Below are positions 12,849 to 25,048 of a stretch of 64,000 bases of DNA, one piece after another; position 1 is the first letter of the stretch, and each line of letters begins with the position of its first letter. The notes beneath the pieces are model-generated. The model was not told the origin of the DNA and did not search any database. It was given only the letters and a program-made list of their open reading frames with translations. The stretch comes from Eledone cirrhosa (Eukaryota), in assembly GCA_964016885.1 (NCBI GenBank), contig OZ024744.1, positions 104,594,001-104,658,000 on the forward strand. The letters are read 5' to 3'. The position numbers were made by a program, and so were the translations under genes.

Positions 12849-13903
12849 TTGTATCATGTGCTACGGACGACGCAAGAGCAATGGTCGGCCAACATAAGAG
12901 CTTCGGCACTCTTCTGAAGAGAGAAAATCTATCTGTATTTGTTGTTCATTGTGTCATTCATCGACAACACTTGGCTGCAAAGAAATTCAGCAAGCCTCTG
13001 AGCAAGTCCTTGCAGGTGGCCATTGATGTCATCAATTTTATCAAACGGCATTCCCTCAATGAACGAATTTTCAAGCAACTATGCCAAGATAATGACGAAG
13101 AATTCGTCAAGTTGCTCCTTCATACTGAAGTGAGGTGGCTTTCAAAGGGCAAGTGCTTTACTCACTTCTTTCAACTCTTCGACTCTATCATTGAGTTTCT
13201 GCGAGGACGCAACACAGAACTGTACAAGAAAACCCTCGATGTGAGGCAAGATTGCGCCTACCTCACCAACATCTTCGACAAATGCAATAGTGTCATTTTG
13301 GCTTTGCAGGGGAAGAAGATCACCTTGCTTAAAGCAAGGAATGCTGTGAAAACATTCCTGGCCAAATTGAATGTCATCGAAAGGAATCTTTGTTGACGGG
13401 AATTCTATAATTTTCCTAGTGTCGCCAATGTTCAAAACATTGTAAGCGATGACCAACTCCAAATTTATACCACTCACCTCCATGCGCTACAAGACAACAT
13501 GAGAGAACGGTTTGTCAACCCTTTGCCGATGGACATCCTAATGTAAATAGCAAATGCTTTCATAGCTAATGTCGACGATTTGGACGTTAAATTTCAGGAA
13601 GAATTAATTGAACTTCAAGCAGATGAAATTAGATTTCCCAAAATAGGTGAACTCCTTTTTGGGATGCAAGAGGAAATTCAGCGTTGATTTCCACACCTAC
13701 ATGCAGAGGCTAAGAGATTTGCTCTGCCTTTTCCAAGCTCATACTTAGTCGAGAGGAGGTTTGGTGTTGTTTCCAGACTGCACAGTAAGGCTCGCAACCG
13801 CTACAATATAATTACACATGGAGATCTCTGGCTACATCTTAGGAAAATCCAGCCTCACGTCAAAGAGTTAGCTAGACTCCATAAAGTTCAAGGGTCCCAT
13901 TGA
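12848..13903 (+). pseudogene. hAT transposase pseudogene, C-terminal half (ZBED/SCAND3/Buster-like)
   Basis: Motifs CATDDARAM, HCVIHRQHL, LLHTEVRWLSKG, FPSSYLVER and terminal GSH*. In-frame stop at 13394-13396; N-terminus missing. Confidence 0.9.
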
Positions 13904-15113
13904 AATGAGTCAAAGTTAAAGTAAGTTGATTTATCCGAAAACTTAGATATGCTATTGTTACAAAGCAAACTAACAATTTTTTTATTTGTAGTTGCAGTCT
14001 GACTGGACTGGAAACCATCTACTACAATTCACTTACTCATTTGTTGTATATATTTTACCATTTATTAATAAATATACCCTCCCGCGTGGTCATGAAAACC
14101 CTCTTCCGTGGTCTCTAAGCTCACAAAGCAGGGGGACATCAAGTTTGATATTAACATTTATTCTGTCCGTTTCATTAAAGGGAAAATTGGAAAGCTTTGA
14201 AATGATATAATTGCCACTTTCTTCCAGATAAGAGCACTCTTTGGATAGACAGAGTTGCTCTTGTATAAATGTTCAAAATAGCTGGTATCGCCTGGTGGGA
14301 ATATAACAAATTCAACTGGTCCTTATTCATAAAAAAGAACATTTATGTTCCTTTTTTTGAAATTTATATATTTCCTTTCAAGGAATGTATTTATACTCTC
14401 AGCTGCCTGAATATTGTTAATCAATCTTTTAGTAATCTACTGATAGTAAAATCAGTAGTATATTGAAAAATGGATAAATAGGGTAGGGGGAGGGGCGTTT
14501 CATGATTTCAAGGGACAAAAGGGGGCGTTTGGCCTAAATGGGTTGAGAACCTGTGCTCTAGATCAACAAAAGTTAGATATAGAGACTTACTCTTAACCAA
14601 AAAGATGGCATCCATAGTGCTACTGCCTGGCATACAACTAAACTACATCTCATCTATTTTGATTCTTTCCCTAATTAGTTGTGCCATAACTCGATCCATT
14701 ACTTTCATTACCTAGTCCATTAGTTTTATGCCCCTGTAGTTGGTCCTTTCTTGTACATCACCTTTCTCCTTGTAACAATTAATGAGTATACTACTACACC
14801 AGTTATTAGGTATGACACCATCTTGTACTACCTGACTAGTTCAACTCCTATTTCCCCAGATTTCAACATCTCAGTGACTATCTCAGGTGACTCAACAGCT
14901 ATACCCTTCTTCAGCTCCTTCATTGCTTCCTTAACCCTATAACTGTCAATTTCAAAAGCTGGCATGGAAAATAAACGTTAAACAATGATGATGATATATA
15001 TATTTATATATATCAGTAATATTTTGTTACATTTTTAAAGTAACAAATATTAAAAGATTTATTTTATCAGGAACATCCAGCATCAGATGAAATATTTATG
15101 TTATGGATTAAAT

Positions 15114-15185
15114 ATTTCATCTGATGAGCGTGCTGGACGTTTCTGTTAAGATTGTCTAGTTTTCTGAAACCTTTGGTAATGTAAT
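15114..15185 (+). ncRNA. Hammerhead-ribozyme-like motif (first of a tandem pair)
   Basis: atttcat-CTGATGA-..gctggac..gtctagt..-GAA-ACC ttt GGT-A-atgtaat. Preceded by an inverted copy of its own 5' part at 15070-15097. Confidence 0.6.
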
Positions 15186-15223
15186 AAATATATTGTGTTG
15201 TTTATTGTGTAATTAAATTTAAA

Positions 15224-15261
<38 letters not shown>

Positions 15262-15302
15262 GCCTTATTTTTTGAATTTTTATGTTTAATTTTTTTTCTT
15301 TT

Positions 15303-15426
15303 TGGCTCTGATGAGGAGTCCATATCAAACATTTCTTTTTATTGTACAATTATCGATTTTAGGATCGATAATTACCTCCTCTATGTACAAATTACTGATT
15401 TGGTTTCTGAAACAATTTGTCAGCCA
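15303..15426 (+). ncRNA. Hammerhead ribozyme motif with ~95-nt helix II
   Basis: tggct-CTGATGA-ggagtccatatca...tgatttggtttct-GAA-ACA att TGT-C-agcca. Inner stems ttgtaca/tgtacaa and aattatcgat/atcgataatt; GUC triplet. Confidence 0.7.
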
Positions 15427-15544
15427 GTAAATATATTTATTCAAAATTCTCATGCTGTTTTCTCTGATATTTAATATTTCTATATATATGTATATACACA
15501 TATATATGTATATATACAAATATATGTATATATATATGTATATA

Positions 15545-15880
15545 CCCCAACTCCCTCACCCCCATCAACATCACCCCTACCTCTGTAAAGTTATGTTGGT
15601 ACCACAACATCCAGTCCTAAATAAATGAGGTCGTGTAGGTGTCACGACAAAAAAAAAAACACAGTCCACACTGTAATGTGGCCGTGTAGGTAACATGGTA
15701 AAAACCTCCCAGTCCACACTGTAAACGTGGTTGGTGTTAGGAAGGGCATCCAGCCGTAGAAAACCTGCCAGACAGTCCTATACGAGCGAGACGACCAATC
15801 TTGCCTCAAGTGGGACAATTCCCGTCTAAAACTATGCTAGCGTGAAAGATAGACGTTAAACGATGATGGTGATGATGATG
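15545..15880 (+). mobile_element. RTE-LINE 3' UTR / SINE-like fragment with (gat)n tail
   Basis: Core ggttggtgttaggaagggcatccagcc and tail aaacgatgatg. Confidence 0.8.
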
Positions 15881-15979
15881 ATATATATATATATATATAT
15901 GTGTGTGTGCGTGTGTGTATTCATATATATACAAATATATATACACACACACGCATATATATATATATATATATATATA

Positions 15980-16165
15980 CAAATCCGCGACGTAAACACA
16001 AGAAAATTCCCCTTAAGTAGCCACATTGCCGATTGTGCAGGAATTACTCTACCCAACTTTAAAATCTTCCCCCTTTACAAGTGCTCCGATTCTTTCACTC
16101 AACAACAAAGAATAAATAAATAAAAACTATTTATTAACAGATTTAAACCAAAATTAAATATGTAA
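15980..16165 (+). mobile_element. Penelope-like element GIY-YIG endonuclease C-terminal remnant
   Basis: Reads QIRDVNTRKFPLSSHIADCAG...FKIFPLYKC...RINK*KLFINRFKPKLNM*, a typical PLE endonuclease ending (H-x3-C ... FI-x3-KP-x-LN). Confidence 0.75.
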
Positions 16166-17698
16166 TCACCCCCATTAGATTCTACCCCCCCCCCCCTCAC
16201 ACACACATACATCATGAAATAAGAGAGAAAAAATTGCTCATACACATATTTTCCAAATATTCATGATTGAAAGTCACCACTGATGCTTTGCTCTGTTTTT
16301 TTTTTAATTTCTCATCACAAAGGGACCTGTGACAGACAGGCTGAAGCACCCCCCCCCCCCCACACACACACGTGTGCATTTTTATATATACACTCTCACA
16401 CTACACACACACTCTCTAAAATCATATTCCAAAAAGAGAATTTATTTTACAACCCTGCTGTTGTCAATCCCATAGAATTTGTCTCTAGCTTACAATTCCC
16501 ACCCCGCCTCGCCACCCCCATCTGAACTCTTGACCAGTCCATTAACACAATTGAGGTACACACACATATTTACAGGATATTTCCATTGTCCCAATAAACA
16601 ATTTTGTTCTGTGAAGAAACACAACTACCACCACTGCTGCTGCTGTTACTACCATGACTACCTCTCTCTATATACATGAGAGTTCATTTTCCAGTCTCCT
16701 TCTCAACAAGGAAGATGAAAAAAAACTTACCCCTTAATTTTAAATCTTTAATTTTTAGTTTTTAATTCTTATTAATTCTTTTTAATTGTAATACTCAACA
16801 TTTGATAAGATGAATTTTAATAATACATCGAAACCAGTAATACTTTATATACTTTATATACATTATAAAACTCTTTTTTAAAAGAATTGTCCCTCTCATT
16901 TTTACAATAATGTCACTTTGACGAATCAAAGAAAGGAAAAAAAAAGAAAAACAGATCCTAAAATATATTTTCCGTGCTATTTCCAACTTCATCTTTTCTC
17001 TATAATCACTGTTTTGTATAGAACCTTTTCTAATATATATATATATGGGTGATATCCAATTTTAGCGGCCTAAATGCTGCTTACTTGCTGTAGTTGCTGC
17101 TTACTTCAATGTATGAGGCTATTCCAACAAATTTACATTCCCCTTTTTTTAGCCGTTAAAAGAAATATAGATTTATTTATTGTTTTTTTTTTTGCGATTT
17201 ATTTGCCACTGGCGCATAGATTTCTTTATTTGCCCCTTTTTTGTTTGTTTGTTTGTTTGTTTTTTTGCGATTTATTAGCCTTTTGGGGTCACACACACCC
17301 CCGTAGAAAGTGTGCGACCTTTCTGCCAGGGAGCACAGAGAGAGGGGGGTACTCCCTTCTTCTCTTACCTGTACAAGCCGATATAGAGAGATGGCCCACT
17401 TATACGGGCCATTATTGCTACTTTCACCCATCTTTCATGGAATTGGCTGGGACTGAGTGCCTTTTTCTCCACCGTGATCCTTCTTTTGAAGTGGTATCGG
17501 AAGAAGAGGACCATTTGTTGGCCGGCGACATATCCCCACAGTTTCCTCGTTGCAAACGCATCTGGGACATTTCTTTTCCAAGGGGTTTCCGTCCCGGAAT
17601 CCGTGTCTGTAGAGCCTTTCCCAAACGGGCAGGGCCCCTCGGTATAATAGTAAGTATTAGTGGTTGTAATAAAAATGCAATCAAAATGTAATAAATAC

Positions 17699-17834
17699 CT
17701 TCACTGATTTCTTTCCTTATATTATCAACAGAAGTTGGTATGTCACCCAAAGTTCGCTTTGTATGTTCCCGAATAGCAGTGAATTTTGATAAAACTGTTT
17801 CTAATTCCTTCTCCACAGTAAGATAAATATCCAT
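17699..17834 (-). pseudogene. RMND5: Captured RMND5/GID2 first coding exon (left-arm copy)
   Basis: MDIYLTVEKELETVLSKFTAIREHTKRTLGDI resembles the RMND5A/B N-terminus (MDxCVTVERELEKVLHKF). It is followed by a GT donor, with no later exons seen. Confidence 0.75.
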
Positions 17835-18007
17835 GTGTAGTTGAAGAGGATAAGTATGAAAGAACAGTCATTTAAATTTACAGATGGACAGATGTGGTGT
17901 TTGGCAGGGTTTGAGATATATAGAAAAATAATTATTTACAGAAAAAGAAAATAATAATAAAGAATTATTATAATTTTTTTAAAGATTTATATCTTTTTGG
18001 ACTACAC

Positions 18008-18143
18008 ATGGATATTTATCTTACTGTGGAGAAGGAATTAGAAACAGTTTTATCAAAATTCACTGCTATTCGGGAACATACAAAGCGAACTTTGGGTGAC
18101 ATACCAACTTCTGTTGATAATATAAGGAAAGAAATCAGTGAAG
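18008..18143 (+). pseudogene. RMND5: Captured RMND5/GID2 first coding exon (right-arm copy)
   Basis: 45 codons plus 1 nt, then donor GAAG|gtattt at 18144. Same peptide as the left copy. Confidence 0.75.
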
Positions 18144-18197
18144 GTATTTATTACATTTTGATTGCATTTTTATTACAACCACTAATACTTACTATTA

Positions 18198-18600
18198 TAC
18201 CGAGGGGCCCTGCCCGTTTGGGAAAGGCTCTACAGACACGGATTCCGGGACGGAAACCCCTTGGAAAAGAAATGTCCCAGATGCGTTTGCAACGAGGAAA
18301 CTGTGGGGAGATGTTGCCGGCCAACAAATGGTCCTCTTCTTCCGATACCACTTCAAAAGAAGGATCACGGTGGAGAAAAAGGCACTCAGTCCCAGCCAAT
18401 TCCATGAAAGATGGGTGAAAGTAGCAATAATGGCCCGTGTAAGCGGGCCATCTCTCTATATCGGCTTGTACAGGTAAGAGAAGAAGGGAGTACCCCCCTC
18501 TCTCTGTGCTCCCTGGCAGAAAGGTCGCACACTTTCTACAGGGGTGTGTGTGACCCCAAAAGGCTAATAAATCGCAAAAAAACAAACAAACAAACAAAAA
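18198..18600 (+). mobile_element. L1/Tx1 LINE 3' end, internally deleted (mirror copy at about 17235-17644 on minus)
   Basis: YRGALPVWERLYRHG...CPRCVCNEETV (zf-RVT-like), then FFRYHFKRRITVEKKALSPSQFHERWVKVA, then aataaa and an A-rich tail. Confidence 0.75.
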
Positions 18601-18764
18601 AGGGGCAAATAAAGAAATCTATATTTCTTTTAACGGCTAAAAAAAGGGGAATGTAAATTTGTTGGAATAGCCTCATACATTGAAGTAAGCAGCAACTACA
18701 GCAAATAAGCGGCATTTAGGCCGCTAAAATTGGATATCACCCATATATGTGTATGTGTGTGTGT

Positions 18765-20562
18765 AGTTGATAGTTGACAGTTTCTGTTATCTGGGTGACC
18801 AAATTAGAAGTGGAGGTGGGTGTTCTGAAAATACAACAGCCCAAGTGAGAACAGGATGGGAAAAGTTCAGGGAGCTACCACTACTAGCTACAAAGAGTTT
18901 TTTCCTCAAAATAAAAGGCAGATTCTATGAAGCCTGTGTACAAACAGCAATGTTACATGGAAGTGAGACCCGGGAACTGTTAGAAAGAAATGAAGCTTGC
19001 ATGCTCCAATGGATGTGTAATGGTAATGTGTATGAACAACAAAGCAACAAAGAACTGAGAAAGAAACTGGACATAAGAGGGGTCAGATGCAGTGTGTAGG
19101 AGAGGAGATTGCAGTGGTATGAATGTGTGATGTGTATGAAGGATGACAATTGTATAGAAAGATGCAGGGGGTTTGAAGTTGAAGGAAATTATGGAAGTGG
19201 AAGACCTAGGATGGAGTAATAATTACTGACATTGCACAATTACACCTCACAAAGTAGATGACACAGGATTGAGATCTCTGTCATTATTCTGTACTGCAGA
19301 AGACCTACCTTTCCCTGTACACAGGATGAAACACCAATCGTCTAGCCCTCCCCTATTCACTTTCCCTAGTCTTAAAACCCCACCCTCACCAACTAAATAT
19401 ACCACTCACCTTATCCATGTCCAACATACATACTCATTCCCCTCCCCACCTTCCACATTCCTCAGATACCCTTCCTGTCCTGTTCAAACCATACATACAA
19501 GAATGGAAAGCTGGACATGCTCCAAATCTGCTCTCCCTTCTCCCATAATGCTGCTGCTTTGACAAAAAAGTACTTAATCCACCCTGCATAGCGATCTGGT
19601 GCCATAACAATAAAAGTACCCAGTCCATCCTGTAAAGTGATCGCACTGGTAACATGACAAAAGGCAGCACCCAATCCACCCTATAAGGTGGTTGTGTTTG
19701 TAACATGACAGGAGACCCCCAGTCCACCCTGTATTGAGGTCATGCTGGTGACGCAAGAGAAAGTACCCAGTCCATCCTGTAAAGTGATCGCACTGGTAAC
19801 ATGACAAAAGGCAGCACCCAATCCACCCTATAAGGTGGTTGTGTTTGTAACATGACAGGAGACCCCCAGTCCACCCTGTATTGAGGTCATGCTGGTGACG
19901 CAAGAGAAAGTACCCAGTCCATCCTGTAAAGTGATCGCATTGGTAACATGACAAAAGGCAGCACCCAATCCACCCTGTAAGGTGGTTGTGTTTGTAACAT
20001 GACAGGAGACCCCCAGTCCACCCTGTATTGAGGTCATGCTGGTGATGCAAGAGAAAGTACCCAGTACATCCTGTAAAGTGATCGCATTGGTAACATGACA
20101 AAAGGGAGCACCCAATCCACCCTGTAAGGTGGTTGTGTTTGTAACATGACAGGAGACCCCCAGTCCACCCTGTATTGAGGTCATGCTGGTGACGCAAGAG
20201 AAAGTACCCAGTCCATCCTGTAAAGTGATCGCACTGGTAACATGACAAAAGGCAGCACCCAATCCCCCCCTGTAAGGTGGTTGTGTTTGTAACATGACAG
20301 GAGACCCCCAGTCCAGCCTATAAAGTGTTCAAGCTGGTGACATGAAAAAAACCCCAGTCCACAATATAAAGCACCCAGTCCACACTATAAGGTGGTTAGT
20401 GTTAGGAAGGGCATCCAGCCATAGAGACCAAGCCAGAAACAGTTCTGTATGAGCAAGACAGTCACCTAACCTGACTTGTCTCACAATGGGACAACTTGTC
20501 TATCCCATGCCAGTGTGGAAACATGGAAATTAAACAGTGATGATGATAATGATGATGATGAT
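18765..20562 (+). mobile_element. RTE LINE 3' fragment (RT C-terminus, 3' UTR with expanded repeat, (gat)n tail)
   Basis: VDSFCYLGD...GWEKFREL...AMLHGSET; the 3' UTR ends aggaagggcatccagcc...gatgatgat. Confidence 0.85.
19610..20390. repeat. 147-bp tandem repeat made of three ~49-bp subunits within the RTE 3' UTR
   Basis: cagtccatcc recurs at 19621, 19768, 19915. Confidence 0.9.
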
Positions 20563-20691
20563 GAATATATAATAAATTATATATATAATATTAAACTATA
20601 TTAATATTAACCACCCACCCTGACAGACTATATAATACGAAGCAAACAAAACTGATTCCACAGAAATGTGACAGATGACATCTTCAACTTA

Positions 20692-21030
20692 AGTCTTCTT
20701 CTTCGCTCGATAGGACTGGGGGTAATCCTAGGTCAGTGATCCCAGAGGCATCATTGTGTGTGTAGAGTCAACCAGGTCCACTAATGCCCTCCATCACTGG
20801 CAGTCCTGTGTCAGCCCCTCTGCATCCTCCAAGGTGACATTGAGCCTCTGGAGATCTTTGTTAATTGCATCTGGTCATCTAGTGCATGGCCTAGTGTGGT
20901 GCCTCTTCCAGCCCACAGTTGCTGTGTCAAATGAGAGTAAGTCTCTGATATGATGATCCGGCGGGAGGTGGAAGACATGTCCGTACCAGCACACGAGGGA
21001 GGCTGCAGGCTGATGCACACAGATCTTTAG
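20692..21030 (-). mobile_element. RTE-clade LINE 3' end with (gaa)n tail
   Basis: Minus strand reads WYGHVFHLPPDH...GWKR..RPCTR*PDAINKDL...WRALV. Confidence 0.75.
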
Positions 21031-21460
21031 TAGTATGAAATATTTCATTATTCAGAAATGTCATCTACAGTCAACAGCACACATTTAACATATACTCAAC
21101 AGAAAATTTAGATAAAAAATCATATATTTTTAAAGGTTATTTTTATTCATCAACAACCACAATTAATTCACATTAAATACTTAATAAATGATCCACTAAA
21201 ACATTTTGAATTATAAACAAACAATATTTTCAATGTATTAATTTAAAAATAAAATGAAAAAAATTATGAAAAATATGAGATAAACATGACTTGCGTTTCA
21301 TGTAAATTCTGGACATAACTGAAATTTATATTGGTTTGACATTCATCTTCCATACTGACTCATAATGTTTTGGTAAGGCACTTGAAATCTCACTAAACTA
21401 CTATACCTCAACATTACTTCCATTAGTCAGCAAATATCCCTTTTACTATTTAGTTGTATA

Positions 21461-21677
21461 TGAGGGGATGTTGAAAAGTTCCTGGCTTTAAGGGTATCAC
21501 AGGAGCCTGGTTGGAGGCCCAACCATCTGAGTTCTTTTTACAGGGCTTAGAAAAACTGAAGGACCACTGCAATAAGTGTGTGAATCTGAGAGAAGAATAT
21601 GTTGAATAAAATCATAATTAACTGATCCTCCTGTGTTTTCTTTTACCTAAAGCCAGGAACTTTTCAGCATCCTCACA
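21461..21677. mobile_element. Tc1/mariner-derived MITE with TA TSD
   Basis: TA|tgaggggatgttgaaaagttcctggcttt...aaagccaggaacttttcagcatcctcaca|TA. Confidence 0.85.
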
Positions 21678-21689
21678 TATATTCTAAGT

Positions 21690-21972
21690 CTGTCTTGAGC
21701 CTGGAGGCTCATCAAGCCAGTGCTTATCCCAGTTTCCATGGCGTTAAGCAACTGAGAGTACAAGACTCACCCCTGGATAGGATGCCAGTCCATCACAGGG
21801 TTAAACCCCCAGTTATTGCTGGTACTTATTTTCAGCTGAGTATAATGGAGCAACTTGAAATGAAGTGTTTTGCTCAAGAACAAAACACAATATGCCACCC
21901 AGTCCAGGAATCAAACCTACGACATTATGATCGTATGTCCAACACCCTTACCACCAGGCCACGTGCCTCCAC
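21690..21972 (-). mobile_element. tRNA-derived SINE (related head at 24085-24227)
   Basis: Minus-strand A-box tggcctggtggt, B-box-like ggtttgattcc, and a CORE-like cttgagcaaaacactt segment. Confidence 0.75.
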
Positions 21973-22384
21973 TACAGTCGTATATATTACTTTAATATAA
22001 TCTACCATAATTTACCTTCTTTCACATAACTAAATTGACACATAAATATTTTCATTACAGATTTGAACTTTCAATTTCACCTCCCCCCTGCTGTTGTGAC
22101 TATATTTCTAATGAGTTGACTATGTACTTCAAATACAATGAAGAGGGAGACGGTGGTGTAGCCAATTATCTGTAGCTTTATATATTAAATTACTGCTCAG
22201 ACTAATTAGAAGTCTCACAATATTATTATTCATAATAGGAGATTTTAGTAAGAATTTAAATTTAAATATGAATAGTTTAGCATGTACAATCTTGGCTGGG
22301 TTAATATTGAAATGGTTAAGACACATAATATTAGTTACTAATATGTTGAAGAAGTATTTCAGTTGTCTGTTCTCATCACATTTA

Positions 22385-22570
22385 TCGGTAGAGGGTCGGA
22401 CGCCATGCTTTCCAGCATAGTTACGTCCCTTTACGGTCTGAGTTCAAATCCCGCCGAGGTTAACTTTGCCTTTCAACCTTACGGGGGGTCGATAAAATAA
22501 AAAAAAGTACCAGTAATGTACTGCGTAATTTGCTGGCCTTGTGCCAAAAGTAGAAACAATTATTATTACT
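22385..22570 (+). mobile_element. Meta-domain SINE (another copy at 53270-53455)
   Basis: gagttcaaatcc B box, gcctttca..ggggtcgataaaataa..gtaccag core, (att)n tail. Confidence 0.85.
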
Positions 22571-22624
22571 GTTAATATGAACTCTGAGTTTCAGTCTTTC
22601 CCCCTCCCCTCTCTTTCTCTTGGC

Positions 22625-22647
22625 ATATATACATATATATATATGTG

Positions 22648-22696
<49 letters not shown>

Positions 22697-22769
22697 ATAT
22701 ATATGTATGTATATATATGTATATATATATGTGTATATATATATATATGTATATATATATATGTATATA

Positions 22770-22818
<49 letters not shown>

Positions 22819-22994
22819 GTATGTATATATATGTATATATATGTATATATATATATATATGTATGTATATATATGTATATATATGTATATATATATATAT
22901 ACATATATATATATACATATATATATATATATGTATGTATATATATGTATATATATATATGTATGTATATATATGTATATATATATATATACAC

Positions 22995-23047
<53 letters not shown>

Positions 23048-23074
23048 TATACATACATATATATATACATATAT

Positions 23075-23107
<33 letters not shown>

Positions 23108-23133
23108 CATACATATATACATATATATACATA

Positions 23134-23203
<70 letters not shown>

Positions 23204-23264
23204 CATATATATATAATATTGTCTGGGATCCAGAAACCTTTAAATATATATATATATATAATTA

Positions 23265-23296
<32 letters not shown>

Positions 23297-23352
23297 TATA
23301 TATATATATTTATATATATATAAATATATGTATTTATATATATATATATATC
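22625..23352. repeat. Compound (TA)n/(TG)/(CA) microsatellite
   Basis: About 700 bp of alternating purine-pyrimidine sequence. Confidence 0.97.
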
Positions 23353-24388
23353 CACAATAACACAACACTATACTATAGTATAAACATACATAGACTTCTA
23401 CAGTGGTCACACGACCGGTTAGAAATAGCAGCTAAATCTCTATTATCAAATCATGCCCTGCTATTTTCAGAAAGGAATTGGCATGTTGGATAATAGTGTC
23501 CCACATATCCCTAACTGCTTCACTCGATCACTGCTGACTTTGGGCAGTCGGGGTGGGAGCAAACAACACCAAGAAATATACTTCTGTGGGTAGTTGTGAA
23601 CTGTTATATTTATTCCATCAGCTTTAAACATTAAGTACCTTCTCTTCCTTTCAACTTAGCAACCACCCTCCCCACTATGTCCATTAGTTATCAAGGGTCT
23701 GTCACATCTGACATTCTGTAACTCTTAACATAGGAGAGTAACTTTGGAGAACAATTCAATTTCAAATGATTTATGTGCAAACTTTTGATAAACACATGCC
23801 TGTATTGAACACATATACGCAAATATTGTATATGTATTACAAATTAAACTTTTCATTTTATACATTCATTTTGTACAATATCATCATCATCATCATCATT
23901 TCATTTTACGTCCACTTTTTCCCTGCTTGCAAGGGTGGGACGGGAACTGATTCTGGCTTGATTTCTACAGCTGGATGCCCTTCCTAACACCAACCTCATT
24001 TACAGTGAGTGCTGAGTGCTTTTTTGCCGTGGCAACTCCACGACCACTTTGCAGTGGAATGATAGGGAGCCAGTCCTATCATCTCATTTCTACAGCTGAG
24101 TAAACTGGAGCAATGTGAAATAAAGTGTCTTGCTCAAGGAAACAACATATCACCTGGTCTGAGAATTGAACTCACAACCTTTTGATTGCAAGGCCAATGC
24201 TCTAACCACTAAGCCATGTGCCTCCATATATATATATATATATATAAGTATTAAACAATACAATGTATTAAACTATATATATATATAAGTTTATCCCGGG
24301 TTCAATTGGGGGTAACCACAGTAAGTAAGGGACTCAATACAAAGCAGAGTATAAATATTTAATATAGAAATGGAATCAGCAGGAAGCC

Positions 24389-24437
24389 GCTTCCTGATGA
24401 TTTCTCCTGAATGAAAAAATTCTAGTCTTGTAGAAGC
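24389..24437 (+). ncRNA. Degenerate hammerhead-like motif inside an inverted repeat
   Basis: gcttc-CTGATGA-tttc tcct gaat-GAA-aaaattctagtcttgt-A-gaagc. Helix I is perfect; helix III is 3 changes from the palindrome acaagactagtcttgt. Confidence 0.5.
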
Positions 24438-24599
24438 CATTTTTATATTAAATATATATATACATACATATATATATATATATATATTGTACACACTCTG
24501 TTTATACATTTGCCAACAGTTTTATCTTTAAACTAAACCCATGCAATATCATCATCATCAGCACCACCACCAACACTACCACCACCACAATGATCAATT

Positions 24600-25048
24600 T
24601 TTATTGTGACAATCACTACCACTTTACAGAGTGTACTGGGTGTATTTTATCATGGCACCACCACTACCACTTTACAGAGTGTACTGGGTGTATTATATTG
24701 TGACACCAACACTACCATTTTATAGAGTGTAGTGAGTGTATTTTATCATGACACCAACACTACCACTTTACAGAGTGTACTGGGTGTATTTTATCATGAC
24801 ACCAACACTACCATTTTATAGAGTGTAGTGAGTGTATTTTATCATGACACCAACACTACCACTTTACAGAGTGTACTGGGTGTACTTTATCATGACACCG
24901 ACACTACCACTTTACAGAGTGTACTGGGTGTATTTTATCATGACACCAACACTACCACTTTACAGAGTGTACTGGGTGTATTTTATCATGACACCAACAC
25001 TACCACTTTACAGAGTGTACTGGGTGTATTTTATCATGACACCAACAT
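24600..25048. repeat. 48-bp minisatellite derived from the RTE 3'-UTR module
   Basis: Unit acactaccactttacagagtgtactgggtgtattttatcatgacacca. Confidence 0.92.

Larger units (their letters stand above)
12114..14555 (+). mobile_element. hAT (Charlie/Buster-like) DNA transposon, internally deleted
   Basis: TIRs caaaggttctcaac / gttgagaacctgtg. Perfect 8-bp TSD ctctagat at 12106-12113 and 14556-14563. Confidence 0.93.
11760..14960 (-). mobile_element. Degenerate RTE LINE reverse-transcriptase fragment split by the hAT insertion
   Basis: Removing the hAT and one TSD restores FVDLEKAFD. A WELLYADN-like motif lies at about 11860-11885. Confidence 0.8.
17047..18742. mobile_element. 1.7-kb foldback (palindromic) element with ~740-795-bp arms, inserted in an (AT)n tract
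   Basis: Arms 17047-17841 and 18001-18742 are near-identical reverse complements around a 159-bp spacer. Termini are GGGTGATATCC...GGATATCACCC, flanked by AT. Confidence 0.9.

Noticed and set aside
17424-18418. Two 136-aa ORFs as real divergent genes
   Set aside because: Only the first 45 codons are RMND5-like; the rest is intron read-through and out-of-frame LINE sequence.
22460-23355. YI-rich ORFs
   Set aside because: Translations of a (TA)n microsatellite.
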